64,000 nucleotides of DNA from Hyphochytrium catenoides (Eukaryota; Protista; Hyphochytriomycota), in NCBI GenBank assembly GCA_900088475.1, contig FLMG01001956.1:62001-126000 (forward strand). The letters run 5' to 3'. The position numbers were made by a program, and so were the translations under genes. The notes under the pieces were generated by a model. The model searched no databases, was not told the origin of the DNA, and was given only the letters and a program-made list of their open reading frames with translations. This document shows positions 49,083 through 62,871 of the stretch, one piece after another. The stretch's first letter is position 1. Every line of letters starts with the position of its first letter.

Positions 49083-51625
49083 GGGGGTCAAGTGACACTA
49101 GGTTCTACAGCTTCCAATTAGCGCAACCCTTCAAAGGAGAAGAGTGGGCTACCAGGGCCCCAAAGACGACTGACCTGCCTTAGTTGCAACGATGGACCCC
49201 TTTAGCTAAGTCGATACACGGATGATCTTCATTGGAAGACAGCATTATCACCAGTATGAGGTCAGCTCTGCCATCTCAAGCTCCTTTAGTCCCCGGCTTC
49301 GTAATCTTAGTCTGCTGCAGGTCTGTTCATCGCTCACGACTTGGCTTGTTGGCTGCAGTCTTTGGGCCGCGGCGCCACAGCCCTATCATCAGCTGCTCCT
49401 GGCACTTGGGATTCTCAACGTGCAAGGAAGAGAAGAGAACAGGAGTGAAAGCTTCATTGGAAAGGTTTAGATGCAAAGTGGCAAAGTCTAAACCTATGGA
49501 GAGCCTTCCAGTATCGAAAGAGGAAGCTGAATCTTTCAATCATTGATCAATTTCATGAAATAATGCGTTGAAGAAAGGATCTTGGTGAGAGGATAACACT
49601 ATGGACACTTCATCATCATCGCTCAGTACTGATCACTCATCATCACCAGCAGCACCTCATCGGAAATCGGCAAAAGCAGGAGCGCTCATCATCTCCACAT
49701 CATCACCAGGGCACTGCCCTGTGTGATCTGCAGCATCCCTTAGATGTCATAGAATAGCCCGATTTGATTGGAATGCAGTTAATTGGTGAAGGGGGAAATG
49801 CCAAGGCGATGGCCACAGGCATTATATGCGCTCCTTTATCTTTGGCACAGCAAAATGAAGCGAGAGGTCAATCCATGTCGCAAGTATCAATGCGTATAGA
49901 GTTCTCTTAGAAAGCAGAGTGAGACTTGATGAAGCCAAGGTCTTAGGGCTGAAGATGAGCGAACGTAGTTTTTAAAATAAGCACGACCTCAACGTACTGT
50001 GCTCTCTTACGAGTTCTTGACAAGGTCGCGCTCTTTTCTTTGTATGAACTTTGATGCCCGCCACCAGGAGCATCCAGGCGCGGTGGGAGCTGGGTTGAAA
50101 GCCTTAGACAATGGGATTTCTCCTTAACATAACGGATAATAAGGATGCTGGCAGGTTTCAAAGACTGAGACCCGTGAATATGCGCTACCACTTTGTGATA
50201 GGAGGAGGTGATGACAAGGATAGGATGTATCTCAAAGCTCTCTCTTTATAGAAGCAATGACGACCACCACGGTTCTTAGAAGTCCTAGCCAAAAGCGCTT
50301 CAGCATGAGAAGTTGATCTTTTATGCTGTTGACCTTCTGGCATCATGTGGTGGTATCCAACAGATGCCAAGAGGAGCTGCTGGTATTTCTTTCTCTGACC
50401 TTGGCGTTTGAACTCCACTGTGTATATCACCTTGTCTCTTATTGTTAGGTTCCTCTCCCACACATAGTGGAGATTAGAAAACGGATAAGTTCCTACCGTA
50501 CCGGCCCATCAATTGGTGGAACTTGTGCGTCACCACCACCGTGGAACGGCTCCGTTCTCCATGGTGGAAGATCGGCTTTACCCTGTGAAGCTCTGACGTT
50601 GGACCTTGCCTGTGCTGGCTGACTAGAATAATAATCGTCAGAGAGCAAAAGGAAGGTTCCATTTCTTTACCATCGAAAGGCCCGCTTCTTCTTGCAGGAA
50701 TCCTTGTCCGCGTTGTTGCTTCATCTGTTCACCGGCGGTTAGTGACACCAGCAACTAATCGGACACCCTACATTTGAGATGAAAAGTGATGACTGATCGA
50801 GGAGGATGACGGCGCCCACCACCAGGAGAAGAAGACTTCGTTCTCTTCTCTTCTAGCAAACACGGGAGCTATCACTCGCGCTGGCCCAGAGATCAGCCTC
50901 TCTCTATCTGGAACGCCAGCAGAAGGAAGAAAGCAAAGCAGAAAAGTGCTGTCATGGGGGGCGGACCTTGAAGAGGATGATGAGTAAACTTCTCACAATA
51001 TTATTCATAAGATAGATTTCACACGGGCTTATAATAGGTAACACTCGAAATACTGGGCGAAACGTTAGAATGGAATGTTTCTTTCCGTTCCCCTCTCCTC
51101 GCAACCCTCTCTGTCTCTCTCTCTGTCTCTCTCTCTCTTCCCTCACTCCCTCCTCCAGATGAGTTTCTGACAGTTGGAGCATCTTTCCCATCATCACGAC
51201 CACTCTGCTCCGCTGCAGTCCTCCTTCCTCGGGCCCATAGCTTGTCTGCTAGCCCACTTCTCTCTCTCTCCCTCTCTCCCTCCCTCTATCATTGCAGAAG
51301 AAGATTCTATGGACTGTGGCACTACGTCATCAGCCAGGATCTCATACATCTGGGTCTAAAGGAGTTGGCCGCTCTACCTAGGTTAAGGGAGTACCCTGTT
51401 TTGAGGACACCGGTAGTGGCTGAGAGTGTTAGCGGCGGTGGCCGGCTCTATTGTACCTGGTTAGGCAGGATTTGCGGGATGAGAGGGCAATCGCTGTGAC
51501 CCATGCTAATTTGGCGTCAAGAAGGACGCCTGGTGAAAATGGAGGCTGGTACTTCTTGCGGGCTCAGAGTGTGATAGGAGTGCGGGTTCAAGGGGTCGCA
51601 ATTACTCTCGTGTGCTGCTGGCACC

Positions 51626-54600
51626 ATGGCGACCCGGGAAGTGAGCACTCCTCAAAGTGCCACTATCCAGGTCTTCGTGCGGTTTCGTCCGCAGAATGTT
51701 CTCGAGAAGAGTCTTAATGGCCAGGTATTATCGCACAGCTGCAATGGCGTGTGAAGGTAATAACTAGACATTGCTCTACAGATAGCGGTAGAATTTGTTG
51801 AGAACCAGACCGTTCGGGTCAAACCTGAGTGTGCAGAGGGAGGCCGTGATCAGAGCTTTAGCTTTGACCATGTTTTTGACATTGGAATCGATCAGGTAGC
51901 TGCATGTGCTGCGTCGACATGTCACACTAATGAAGTGCCATCTATCCCCTTCACAATGCTTACCTGTCTTTTACCTACCTTCCTCTCTATCTTCTACCGC
52001 CACCTCAGGTCCTATTTTCAGCTTCTTCTCTTCTTCTTCCTCGTCTTTCTTCTTCTCTATCTTTCAGTCTCCTTTGGAATAATTTTTCTGGTGGCTCTTT
52101 CTTAGCTATCTGGCGTCTCTGTCCATACTGTCATCTATGCGCTCTAAAGTCATTCACTCTACCCCTAAGGCCAAGGTATATGAAAGGACAGCCCGCCCGC
52201 TCATCGATAGTGTCATTCAGGGTTATAGTTGCACGTATTTCGTCTATGGGCAAACGGGAAGGTAAGCTTTGTCACCTCTTCCCTATAGGCGTTGTGTGCT
52301 TTCCCTGCTGACAGTCTCGCTCACAGTGGAAAAACCTACTCAATGGCGGGCGTTCCTGGCGACCCGAAGTATGAAGGCATCATTCCTCGCGTCATGACCG
52401 ATATCTTCGAAGGCATCTGTCTAGCTCCGGAAGAGGAAGAGTTCATTATCAAGGTTCTCAACCCCACTGTGGCCTGGAGATAGCACTGAGTTTTTCTTGC
52501 TCCGTTGCTTCCTCTTCTTTGCCTAAAGGATCTTCTCTCTCTCTTCCTTTTGTTTTGCTCATACATTACCTCTTGACTGCGATCTCGCGGACAAGAGAGA
52601 CCTCATGTCCCCTGCCTCATAAACCTGGCGCTGGGTTTCTTGGTCAGCCTTCAATGCACGACTACTACGAGGAACATCCGTAACGTTGCTTCCTCAGGTG
52701 TCCTACATAGAAATTTACATGGAGAAGATTCGTGACCTCATTCAACCCGCGAAGACGAACCTCCGTATTCGTGAAGATAAGAACCGAGGAATCTACGTGG
52801 AGGGTGCAACCGAGGTCCCGGTAGCGAATCCAGAAGAGATGGCGGAGGTTATGAGGAAAGGTACGGAACCGTGTACGAAGCAGTAACTCCACAAGCAACA
52901 CGTTGAGCGGTTTCATCTTCGTGGCGTTTGTTCCTCGATCAGTATGGTGATTAATCTCTCACTTATCTGCTGTGCGCGCGCTCTCCGCCCACTGTCTCGT
53001 GTTCCCTCCTTCACGCCGCCGCCATCACGTAAACCTTACCGTCGTCATCAGGTGGAGCTAACAGGGCCATCTCTTCCACTCGGATGAATTTGGATTCTAG
53101 CCGGAGTCATAGTGTTTTCATCATTACTGTGGACGGGAGGGACACCGTGACCGGATCGGTGAAAGCAGGTTAACGATTGTACTCCGTTGCTAGCCCCCAG
53201 GATACCTAAACCGAACCACCTTCCTAACATGTGGTTACGTTGTTGTGATCTTCATTGGCTAGGCAAGCTCTTTTTGGTTGACCTGGCAGGATCTGAAAAA
53301 ATTGGGAAAACGAAGGCTAGTGGGCAGACATTAGAGGAGGCGAAACATATCAACAAGTCCTTGACAGCTCTAGGAAACGTGATGATGGCGCTCACAAGTG
53401 AAAGGAAGGGCGTACATGTGCCTTACAGAGACTCTAAGCTTACCAGGCTTCTTCAGGTGATGGAGTTCAACCTACGAAGACCCCAAATTAATATGGAAAA
53501 TTGAGTGGCTACATGCCCGTCTGGAAGCAAGCCACTTCTTTTCGTGTCCCAACTTCTCCTTGTGTCAGTAATTCTTGGTGTTACTCTTGGTTCCTCCGAC
53601 TATCTGAGCCCCTCAATACCGTGTAGTTTGCCTCTTACTTAAAAGTTCCTACTGTCCATTGGCCACTACCGGGTTTGTACAACAACTAAATGTCGGTCCA
53701 ACGAATCATAGGATTCTTTGGGAGGTAACTCTAAGACGGTAATGCTCGTCTGCTGCTCGTGCAGTACGTACAATCTTGAAGAAACACTTTCTTCTCTCCG
53801 GTTTGCTACAAGGGCAAAGAGCGTGAAAAATAAACCAAAGGTATTTGCGATTGTAACTATGGAGGCGTACCGCTCTGACTTGAAAGGAGTCTGAAAGTAG
53901 CGTTTGATCAGCTGATAGTTCTTTAGAAGCGGGCAACGGAGTGCATTTAGGATAGAGGGATAACAGAAAGGCTAGGTAGGCCTGGGCTCTGCGGTAGGCA
54001 GGTCAGAGGACACCAAGACTTAGCGATTTGGTAGAATATTTTTTTTTTCGTTATCCAAGTCTTAACATTTAATTGCCCCTTAGGTGAACGCAGTGAAAAC
54101 TGTAGCCGAATACATTGCAATCATCAGTGAGAAGGATAAGACGCTGGAGGCACTGTTGGATAGAATCAAAAAGCTTCAAGCAGGTCAGAACAAGGGACAT
54201 GACGAAGCAGAGAGCAACCAAGAGGAAGCCCCGTTATCCAAGTCACAGGAGCCGGTAGGATCTACCTAAGTCGTCCTTGGCAGTGCTGCGTGGCTAGTGA
54301 TGATAACTTTGCAACCTTTACCTCAACCTGTAACCATTTTCTAGTCCAATTCTACAGTCCAAACTCTAGAGTCTGAAGTAGAAAGTCTTAAGGAGATCCT
54401 CGCAGAAAAGCAGACGGAGCTGGAGCTCCTCAACAATAACTTCGGAAGTTTGAGAAATGAATCAAAAGTAACTTTGCCCACTCCATTGTTCTCTGCACTA
54501 TGGAGGCTAGTAAAGAGCAATTAATCACTGTGGTCTTTGTTTCTGCAGACTCAACACGAGAAGCTGGAGACTCTCAGTTCTCATAATTCCACGCTGGTAC

Positions 54601-57600
54601 TTTGAGTCTTCTATCTGTCAAAACCTTCTCGGTACTCCGTCTTCCTCGTTCCCACAGCTTGTTGGGGTTTTTACCAAGAAGCGTCTCCTCTTATTTGGTC
54701 TCTACGATGCCAACCAGTTTAATGTCTTCCTTTGCATTATGCCTGGTTATAGGAGGTTGAGCTTCAGTCTTTAAGAAAGGCTGTTGACTATCTCCAGCGG
54801 GAAAATGAGCTAGCTACCCAGGAGGTGTCGCAATTGAAGAACATGCTATCGGACGGAGCTGGGAAGGGTACAGGGCGCAAGTCGTCCATTGAAATAGAAG
54901 GGGAAGTTGATGAGACGATGCAGCAGGACGCGGGAACTTCAGAGCCAAATGAGAAGGTACAGATAGAGGATAGGCTTCAACCACTGACGCGGATCCTCAA
55001 ATTCTTCAATTGATTTGTTTCGCATCTGGTGACGTACCGCCTCTTTATACATTTTAGGATACATTGCTGCGGACTATTGCCGGTTTAGAAGGTGAACGTG
55101 ACTGTCTCAGGGAGCAGGTAGCTCTCCAGAAGTCAAGGATTGAGGAACTTCAAGAGGTAAGCATAAGATGCGTTATTCTTTTCCCCTCCATCTGAGTCTA
55201 GCAGTGTATCCTACTTGTACAGTTGTTGCTTGAATTCTCGAGTACTTCCTGTTATCAGTTTACTTATGGTTATCGTCCTTAACTGCTTCTTAGTAGATGC
55301 CCAATTCTAAAAGATTTGCTTCCCATTTGTCAGGAAGTGGTAAAGGCCCAGACGAGCCGTAATGAAACAGCTGCAGCTCTGCAGGAGCGTGTCAGGGAGC
55401 TAGAGACCAAGCTTTCGGACTATGAGGTACCTTCTCACCCATCACCTTAATTAATCTAGTGTGGCATCCTCTCGCTTCAAATCACTTGCTAACATTAATG
55501 TATGGACCGACCACCTATGTTTCCACCAAAACCCCTTCTGAGGGCAGGAGTTTGTGGATGACGTTGTGGGCGTGGAGTCCATTACGAGAGAGTCTTTGGC
55601 ATCCCCTCGTACGGGGTCCTTCGCTGCTTCTCGTGCTTCTATGGGTCACAGGGGAAGCTTCACAGGACCCAAGGGCGGTGGAGGACGCGCACTAAAGTTG
55701 GTTAGAGGGGGTAGCGACTTCAGGAAGAAGAACAGGTACTGATTATTACATTGACTCATAACCCTTGGACAATTGCTCTACTCAGCGCTTGCTTCATTTT
55801 TTCAAGCGAAAGAACGTAGCTCTTCTATGTCCAACGCAACACTCATCCTCTTGTTGAACAGGAAACTTCATTCATCCCAGTCGGTAAATGAGGAGGACAC
55901 TTGTTCTAAGGACGGAAAGGCCTCTGAATGGGTCCTAGATAATGAAGTGGAACCATTGCCACCTGTTGGTATAGACTCTCCGGTTATCCAGGAACTACTT
56001 AACAAGCTGCCAGGCGAGAAGAAGGTCAGCTATCAGCTTTACTACATCCTCGGCTGCACGTCTATTGTGGAAATGAAGGGGCGCTAGCATATACAGTGCT
56101 GTTTTTTTATTAATACAGAGTGGCCTTGAGGATGTGACAAGGAAGAAAGCCAACCCTTAGTGAGGAGTGATGACGGTTTTGCAGCCCTATACTTCCTAAC
56201 GAGCGTGTTTGATGTTGGCTGTTTTTGCCATCATATAGGAAGCAGTGACAAAGTGGCTGAACTTTATCTTGGGCGGACAAGATATCAGGAACAAACTAGA
56301 GCCAGAACTCTCCCTCCCTGAGCTTAGCCCCGAGGTNGCCACCGACCTATCGTCGCCCTTGACCTTAAGCTTACAGTGGAGACCCGCCTGTCGTCTCCGT
56401 CGAGAGGAACGGATGTTAGCGGTAGGTTACACATGTACAACATACACCTCGTTGCCTCCTTAAAGCTGTCAAGGGACGCTGACATGCATGCCCAAGCCGT
56501 CTTCCTTACCGTACCTTTAAGTCTCTATGCTGCCATTGTAGCTTCCACAGAAGCGTTATCTAACACGTAACGCTTCTTTATTTAGTGGGGGCAATTGAGA
56601 GCTCCGAGGATGACATAGACTCTGCCGTTCTTGAACAGAGTCTTAGCTACGGAAGTGATGTGAGTCAGAATTCTCTGCCATTCGATCGAGCGCATGAAAG
56701 TGCTGATGCCTTGTCCTTTCTATGTTTCTCTCGGTCTTATGGCATGCTCCTTGTAACGTCGGCTCCATGGTCACGCAGCACCCGTTTTTCGGCGTTGGTA
56801 GTGACCCTACCAAACCAAGTGTGCTCCACACAGTTAGAAGAATCGACGCCAATAAGCCAAGGTAAGGACCTGCTTAAGGCGCCCTCTATACCAGACGTTA
56901 CGTCCCTCCGGGCCGGCTCTCAGTGATCCTATGCTATCGTAGATATGTCTCTCTTCCAGCTGATGTTCGCAGCGGCGCTTCCCCATCGGCAGTTCCAGAT
57001 CGATTGGGCAGTAGCCTCATTGGACCAGCGGATCTTGCGAGAAAGAAAGGAGGATGGGGAGGGTGGAAGAGCATGGTAGGAAGCGCGGTAAGTAAACAAC
57101 GGCAGCTTTATTGCTTTCCACAGTATCCTTCTATCAAGCTACCCTGTCTACAAAGTCTCGTTCCCTGCTTCATTTGGCTCTTCTAACGCGCCGTAATTCA
57201 TCCTTAATTGTAAAGGTGGGAGCAGTTAGTAACGCCGCGAAACGAAGCCTGGCGGCACAACATGTACATGACAACACTTTTTGCGATGGCTGCGGCATGA
57301 GTCCAATCGTTGGACATCGCTGGACCTGTTCCCTATGTGCCGACTATGAGCTCTGCGACAAATGCTATGAGAAGGTCTTTACTGTTTCCTTTAGACACCC
57401 TTCTCCCACTCTCAGTGTCTCTTTGCTATCGACCTTCTCTCTTTGAGTGGCTGAGTGACTTTTAAAGCATCCAAAATCTCCCCTCGTGTCACTTTCCTCG
57501 TTCTGCCCTGCTTAGTAAAGTTGCGACTACCTAATCACTCCATTATCCAATCGCTTAATGAGCTCTCACTGTCTGATCGAAAAACTGCTACATTACTGCC

Positions 57601-58932
57601 AGGGGGTTCATGGTCTGGAAAATAGTAATGAAATGTACCAGAAAGTGAAAGAAGAGCTCCTTCACTCTTGCCCGCCTCTGGGAGCTGTCAGTGACCTTTT
57701 GGACCTAGTTCGTGAAAGAGTATGTCGAAGAAGGCTACAGAAGTTTAAAGCGCTGGTAATCGTTTTCTGGGGTTTCTATTGCTTGATGTGGCTATGGCAT
57801 GAACTCATTCACTGCGTCCTGTAAACGTCGTCCCCTCATTGTCTTTAGACCAAGTGGTTGGCCGATGTGGTCAATGGAAAGCCGATTTCAAAACTTGCTG
57901 CTCGAGGAATAGCTATTCCAAGGATGGAGGCAACTGTCCGTGAAGAGTTTGTTACCCGAATCATGCCCATCATGACGTGCAGGACGGACGTTAACATCAA
58001 TACGCAATGGTTTACACAGGTTAGATCAACATCACCTTCTTCTGAGAACCAGAATCTGCCGCTGTCTTGAAGGCGACTAGAAACTGTTGACTGCAGTCTT
58101 ATCTTTCTTATTCCCCTGTCCTTCCTGTGCAATAATTCGCTTTCAATTGAACTCCTCGAATACTAATACTTAGCTGCGCTCTTGCTGTCAATGCCTCGGA
58201 CGTGGAGGCCATGTTGTCACTTTCTCCTCATGGGCCAAGTTCCTGGCTTCCTTAATAGTGTTGATAGTTAAGGATCAGTATCCCGACAACCAGAAGTAGT
58301 GAACTTACGAGTTTCTTGTTCTGACTCTCAGACTGAAACCAGCGAAGACGGAAGTGAGGTTATTCGGACCGAAACTCTAAGACTTTGGGTGTCAGACCAA
58401 AATCATCCCCACTCCCCTTTCGAGCCTCGACCATCCCCTCAAACTAGAGGTAAAAGTGTTTCACGGACCCATCTGATGATTGTCTGTGGCATAAGTCCTG
58501 CCTCCCCCTGTTGCAGGCTCAGAGAGGAGATCCTCAGTTATTCAGAGAAGATCCCTGCTAGGTAGCTTAGGATCATCCTCTGCCTCGTTGTCAAGTCAAG
58601 AGGACCCTGAATCAAAGGTCGTTCAGCGCCTCCCACTAGGCCCGGATCTGAGTCCCAATGCCTTGCCACGGCCTGATCTGCCCAGTAGCAGAAGTGTAAG
58701 TAGGTCTGGTAGTCGTCACAACTCACCACGAGGGAACCCCAGTTCGTCATTTCAAGCTGAAGCAGTGGCTGCGGCTTTGGCCGGTCAAAGAGCTGCTCAA
58801 GAGGCCTACATTCGACAGCATTCATCTGGATCCCTTTCCAGTGAGAGACTTCCTATTGGTGGCGAAGAGGTTAGAGTGGCAGAGTCTCCCAATAGTTGTA
58901 GGGTCCGTCAAGAAGAGAAAGGACCAGACTGA
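51626..58932 (+). CDS. Kinesin-1-like heavy chain with coiled-coil stalk and extended tail containing a ZZ zinc finger
   Basis: [22 protein letters not shown]|[54 protein letters not shown]|DSLGGNSKT; later [36 protein letters not shown]. Continuity of the tail exons is inferred from splice sites. Confidence 0.88.
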
Positions 58933-59096
58933 GCAAGAAGTATTTATTTAGTAAGGGATGTCAGTCGTGTAGCAAATGGAAGCTGACAACTATTTTGACG
59001 TTTGGGGTTTTCTACGACAAGCCACCTCGCTAGACACGATCGTAGATGGATCGCATTAGACATTAATTGTACATAGTGCAGGAAAGCAGGAAGAAC

Positions 59097-60167
59097 TTAG
59101 GCCGTCTTGGAACTGCGATGCAATCTTCTCTGGCCCTTGAAGTCCATGATACTTTTTTCTATAGCTACTGCACTCTTTTTCTTTAGCGCAAAATACTGGT
59201 TGGTAGACGGTAGTTTACTTTTTCTCTTCTGTGTGAGCATGGCCTCTGTGACCACACCCCTTACCGTGAAGGGCAGAATATATCGAGGCAGGTCCTTTGC
59301 AGCATAGAAGAAGGAGGTTGTGGACTTTGACGGCCTTCGGTTGAGATAGCGGATCCAAAGGGCCTCCACGTCCGTTGAGTAGTAGATGCCGTCATAAGTT
59401 CCAACTCTTCGCTTGATTACGTTCTTCAGCGGCTCAAGGACCATCGCGAGCCAGAACGCGAAGCCGTGATCGTCAGCCCCAGGTGCCGGTTCTATGATCA
59501 CAATATCTCCAGGCTTTAGGCCTCTAGCTAGACTTAGTGACTTCTTTTCAATAGTTGCCACGTAGCTCTCGTAGGGTTCTTCCATGGGCTTCTGCGCAGT
59601 CTTCGACATCTTCCTCTTCTTTAGACTTGTTCCAGGAACTGTCGTCTCTTCAGGCTCATTTGAGCCGTTCTGCGGCCGCCCTTCCATCATTGCCGATGGC
59701 TCGGAGTCGGGTTTGGTGTCCAAGGGACTACCATAAATAAGAACAAGTAAGTATGTGATAGAGTGAGCCCAGGCAACAAGGCTGTAAGACCTACCGGAGG
59801 AAGGAGAAGCTACTGTCCAGCGCCTCCTCCTGCGGGCCCAGTGAGGGGTTGAAGGCCCATTCCTGATCATCCATTAGCAGGATCTCGTTTTCGATAGGCA
59901 GGAAGCCGTCACTAAGAACAGTGTCGTTTTGCAAATCCGACGGTAATGGATAATCGTCCTGAAGTACGACAGTCGTTGAAGGTCAGGTGGTCAGGCAATA
60001 AAAAGCATATAACGTCTATGGCGCTGAAGCATAAGGAAAATCGCAACTCGTCTAACATTTACCTGGGAAACCCCATTGAGTCCAGCCACGTTATAGGCCA
60101 TTCCTTTCTGCTCAGGAAGTCCTTCAGGAAAGAGCTTGTTCTCTTGTCCAACAGCGATTGGTTCCAT
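59097..60167 (-). CDS. Hypothetical nuclear protein: acidic N-terminus, NLS, C-terminal beta-rich (Tudor/BAH-like?) domain
   Basis: Three frame-consistent exons MEPIAVG..GVSQ|DDYPLP..FSFLR|PLDTKP..; KKRKMSK; LKPGDIVII..FWLAMV..LWIRYL. Domain identity is uncertain. Confidence 0.6.
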
Positions 60168-61140
60168 CTTCTCTTATATTGGAAAAGATGCTGTTCTGAC
60201 AAAGCAGTTGGAACGAGGAACCTTTCAAGCCGTGCCAATGCGTAAGTTATTTCGACATGTCAGTGAATGCGTCGCGCCTGGGCATAGGCTACCCCAATCC
60301 AGACGGCATGACTAAGGCTACTTCAATGGCGCGAAAGCAGCCTTTAGGTCGAAGCGCGAAAGAGCAACCGAAGAGATACGAATCGGACGATTCTCAGCTA
60401 AATCGCATCTAACGCGCAATTTTCCGCTATTGTAGACTGCATCGTGGCAGCTAGGTCCGTAATCTGTTTAGCGCCGGTTATGAGGCTTTTCTAAGCTTGG
60501 CCTTCGTCTTGTACAGAAGCAAATGGATTAAGAGGAGAGTATTCGCACTGGTGAGCGTACACCGGGGTCAGTCTTTCTCTTCGAAAAGTCCATCAAAGCT
60601 GACGGAGCGATAAGTGTTGCCGCCACGCCCAACGGAGATCCAATCTCCTTCCTACAATTAGTCGAGAGGAGGAGCTCGATCAAAAGCAATGTCACGCAGA
60701 TCGCGCCTGAAGACGGACCAAAGCTAGGCGCAGCTGAGCCTGGCGATGGAGGATGGAGGATGAAGACTCTCCTAGAACTCTACACATCGATCAAAACAGC
60801 CAACGTAACCTCCTGCGGCGTATCTCACACCTTTTCTTCTGTTCAGGTGGTGTTTCCTCAGTGTTTTCGTTGAGTGATTTTATTGTCTCTCGTTCCTCTC
60901 TCTGTCTGTCTGTTGGGATGGAGAGAGTCTGATTCTCCGACACAATGAAAACTTCAATGTGATTCGTTTCTTCTGAGTCCCGTAGTTCTATATCCGATTT
61001 CCTCCATTCTTTCCGTGATGCTTTCCGCAAATCTTTCCAACTAGATCTTGGATAGAGTTAGGTCTGGTAACCACAGACTGATTATCGCGAGTGCTTGTTA
61101 TCCATCAAGGAGGGTGGAGTGTGGAGCATGAATTGTTCAG

Positions 61141-61164
61141 ATCTCCAGATCTCCAGATCTCCAG
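61141..61164. repeat. (ATCTCCAG)x3 tandem repeat
   Basis: atctccagatctccagatctccag about 350 bp upstream of the PA28 start. Confidence 0.8.
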
Positions 61165-61512
61165 CTCTCAATCAACCAAAAGGCAGCTGCTCTCCTCATG
61201 AAGGAGCATCACACTAGGAATCTATCTACTCAAGACAGATCTCTGACTTCGTCTCACGTTCCATCCGGGCGTCATACGAGTGCTACTATTCCCGTGCATC
61301 CGTCGCAGAGCTCCTTTACTGAGTCTCCAGACCTTAACTTGGGGCACAACTTCTATTCCCTCCGTTCATAGGCAAAGTGTGCGATACGTAGCTCAACGGG
61401 AGCTGGTTAAGGATAATAACGGGCCTATCGCGTCTAAGGTCCTTGTTTGTGGCTAAGTACGGTGCTCAAGGAGTCAACGGGGTTGATTCCTAAGCTACAA
61501 CGGATATAGAGA

Positions 61513-62732
61513 ATGATGTCCTCTGGAAAGCCCCTCTTCAGGACTGCCAGTGAAATCTTAGCGGTCAAGCACGATGGAGATATTAAGGGGGTGCTTGGGG
61601 AGCTGGACAGAGTCAAACAAGAGAACCAAAAACAGGCGGAGAGCATAATCCACGATGTACTTCCGCAAAAAATCATAGACCTCAACACCCTATTCCAAGT
61701 TAGTTATGATCTCCAATCCAATGAATGTTGCATGTCCATCAAATCAGCTGACCTCCGTCTTGTCTCTCTGAACAGAAACTTAATACTTCTAATCCAGCGC
61801 AGCATTTCACTCCTACTCGTTACTCCAGGGACGCAGAAGCCCCTTGTAACCAGGTGAGAAGCGCTATCGTCCCCAAAGGCAAGATCCTTGGGTATGTTCG
61901 TCTCACGTCTGCCACGACAGCATATCGTCGAAGCTCTGGAGGTCTTGAAACTAGAGATTGTGGGCCTTGTACATATTGTCAATGTTCTTCGGTAGGTGAG
62001 CTATCATTTCGGATGGAAAGGACTGGCTCTGAACCCTGCACCTTAGGCTATGGATTAGCCTCAACATCCCGAAGATCGAGGATGGTAACAACTTTGGTGT
62101 GGGCGTTCAGGTGAGCCATTTTCATACCAGACGGGTCCTACTTCCCTATAAGGTAACTTAGCTTAACCATACTGATAATAACTGAAAGGAAGAGATTCTT
62201 GCGACGCTGAACAGCGGCAGGAGTTCAGGATTGGCGGTTTTGGAGGTGATAAGCGGATACTTTCTTAAGAGGGGGAAACTGGTAACACTGGTAAGAGAGA
62301 TCTCTTTACTTCAATTCTCAGGGATTTTTTCCTTTCCTTTCTATCTAAGCGATTTCTTCTGATGGCGATCTCTTCTGATGTCGACCTTGGGGCGTGCTTA
62401 TTCACACTCTCTGAGATTTGTTGTCTGTTCAGCTCCGACGCTTGTTGCAAAGTGTTTAAGTTCTTTCTGCAGAGTGTGAAGCATCCGCAGGTAGAAGATT
62501 ATCGGCGCAGTATCGTTGAATTGGACGAGAAGCAGTGAGTTAAACCGCCCGTGTGCGTGCCTCCATACTTATACAACTTTTGCTTATAACGCTCGCCTTT
62601 AGGTTCTTATCAATAGTCCAGAGCTGTATGGATCTCAGAAACAACTATTCCCTCTTGCACGACAAGATGCTCAAGAACATGGAGAAGCTTAGTAACCCGA
62701 AGAATCCCTCTGGGTCTCTGTATATGTCTTAA
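61513..62732 (+). CDS. Proteasome activator PA28/REG (PSME3-like)
   Basis: LPQKIIDL, LWISLNIPKIEDGNNFGVGVQ|EE (activation loop), KHPQVEDYRR..ELDEKQ and LRNNYSLLHD..KNMEKL; stop at 62730-62732. Confidence 0.95.
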
Positions 62733-62871
62733 GCAGTAACAGGAGCGGAGGTCTCCACCTGGCACTTGTTAGTGCGGCTGTAAATAACCTATTTTAAGAA
62801 CGGCGATGATCTTGTACGGGGGAACAGGACTAGTTGGATGGAGGTTATGGCACTTGTATCCACCCTGTGAG

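Noticed and set aside
56337-56337. Ambiguous base N
   Set aside because: It falls at intron position +3 and does not affect the coding frame.
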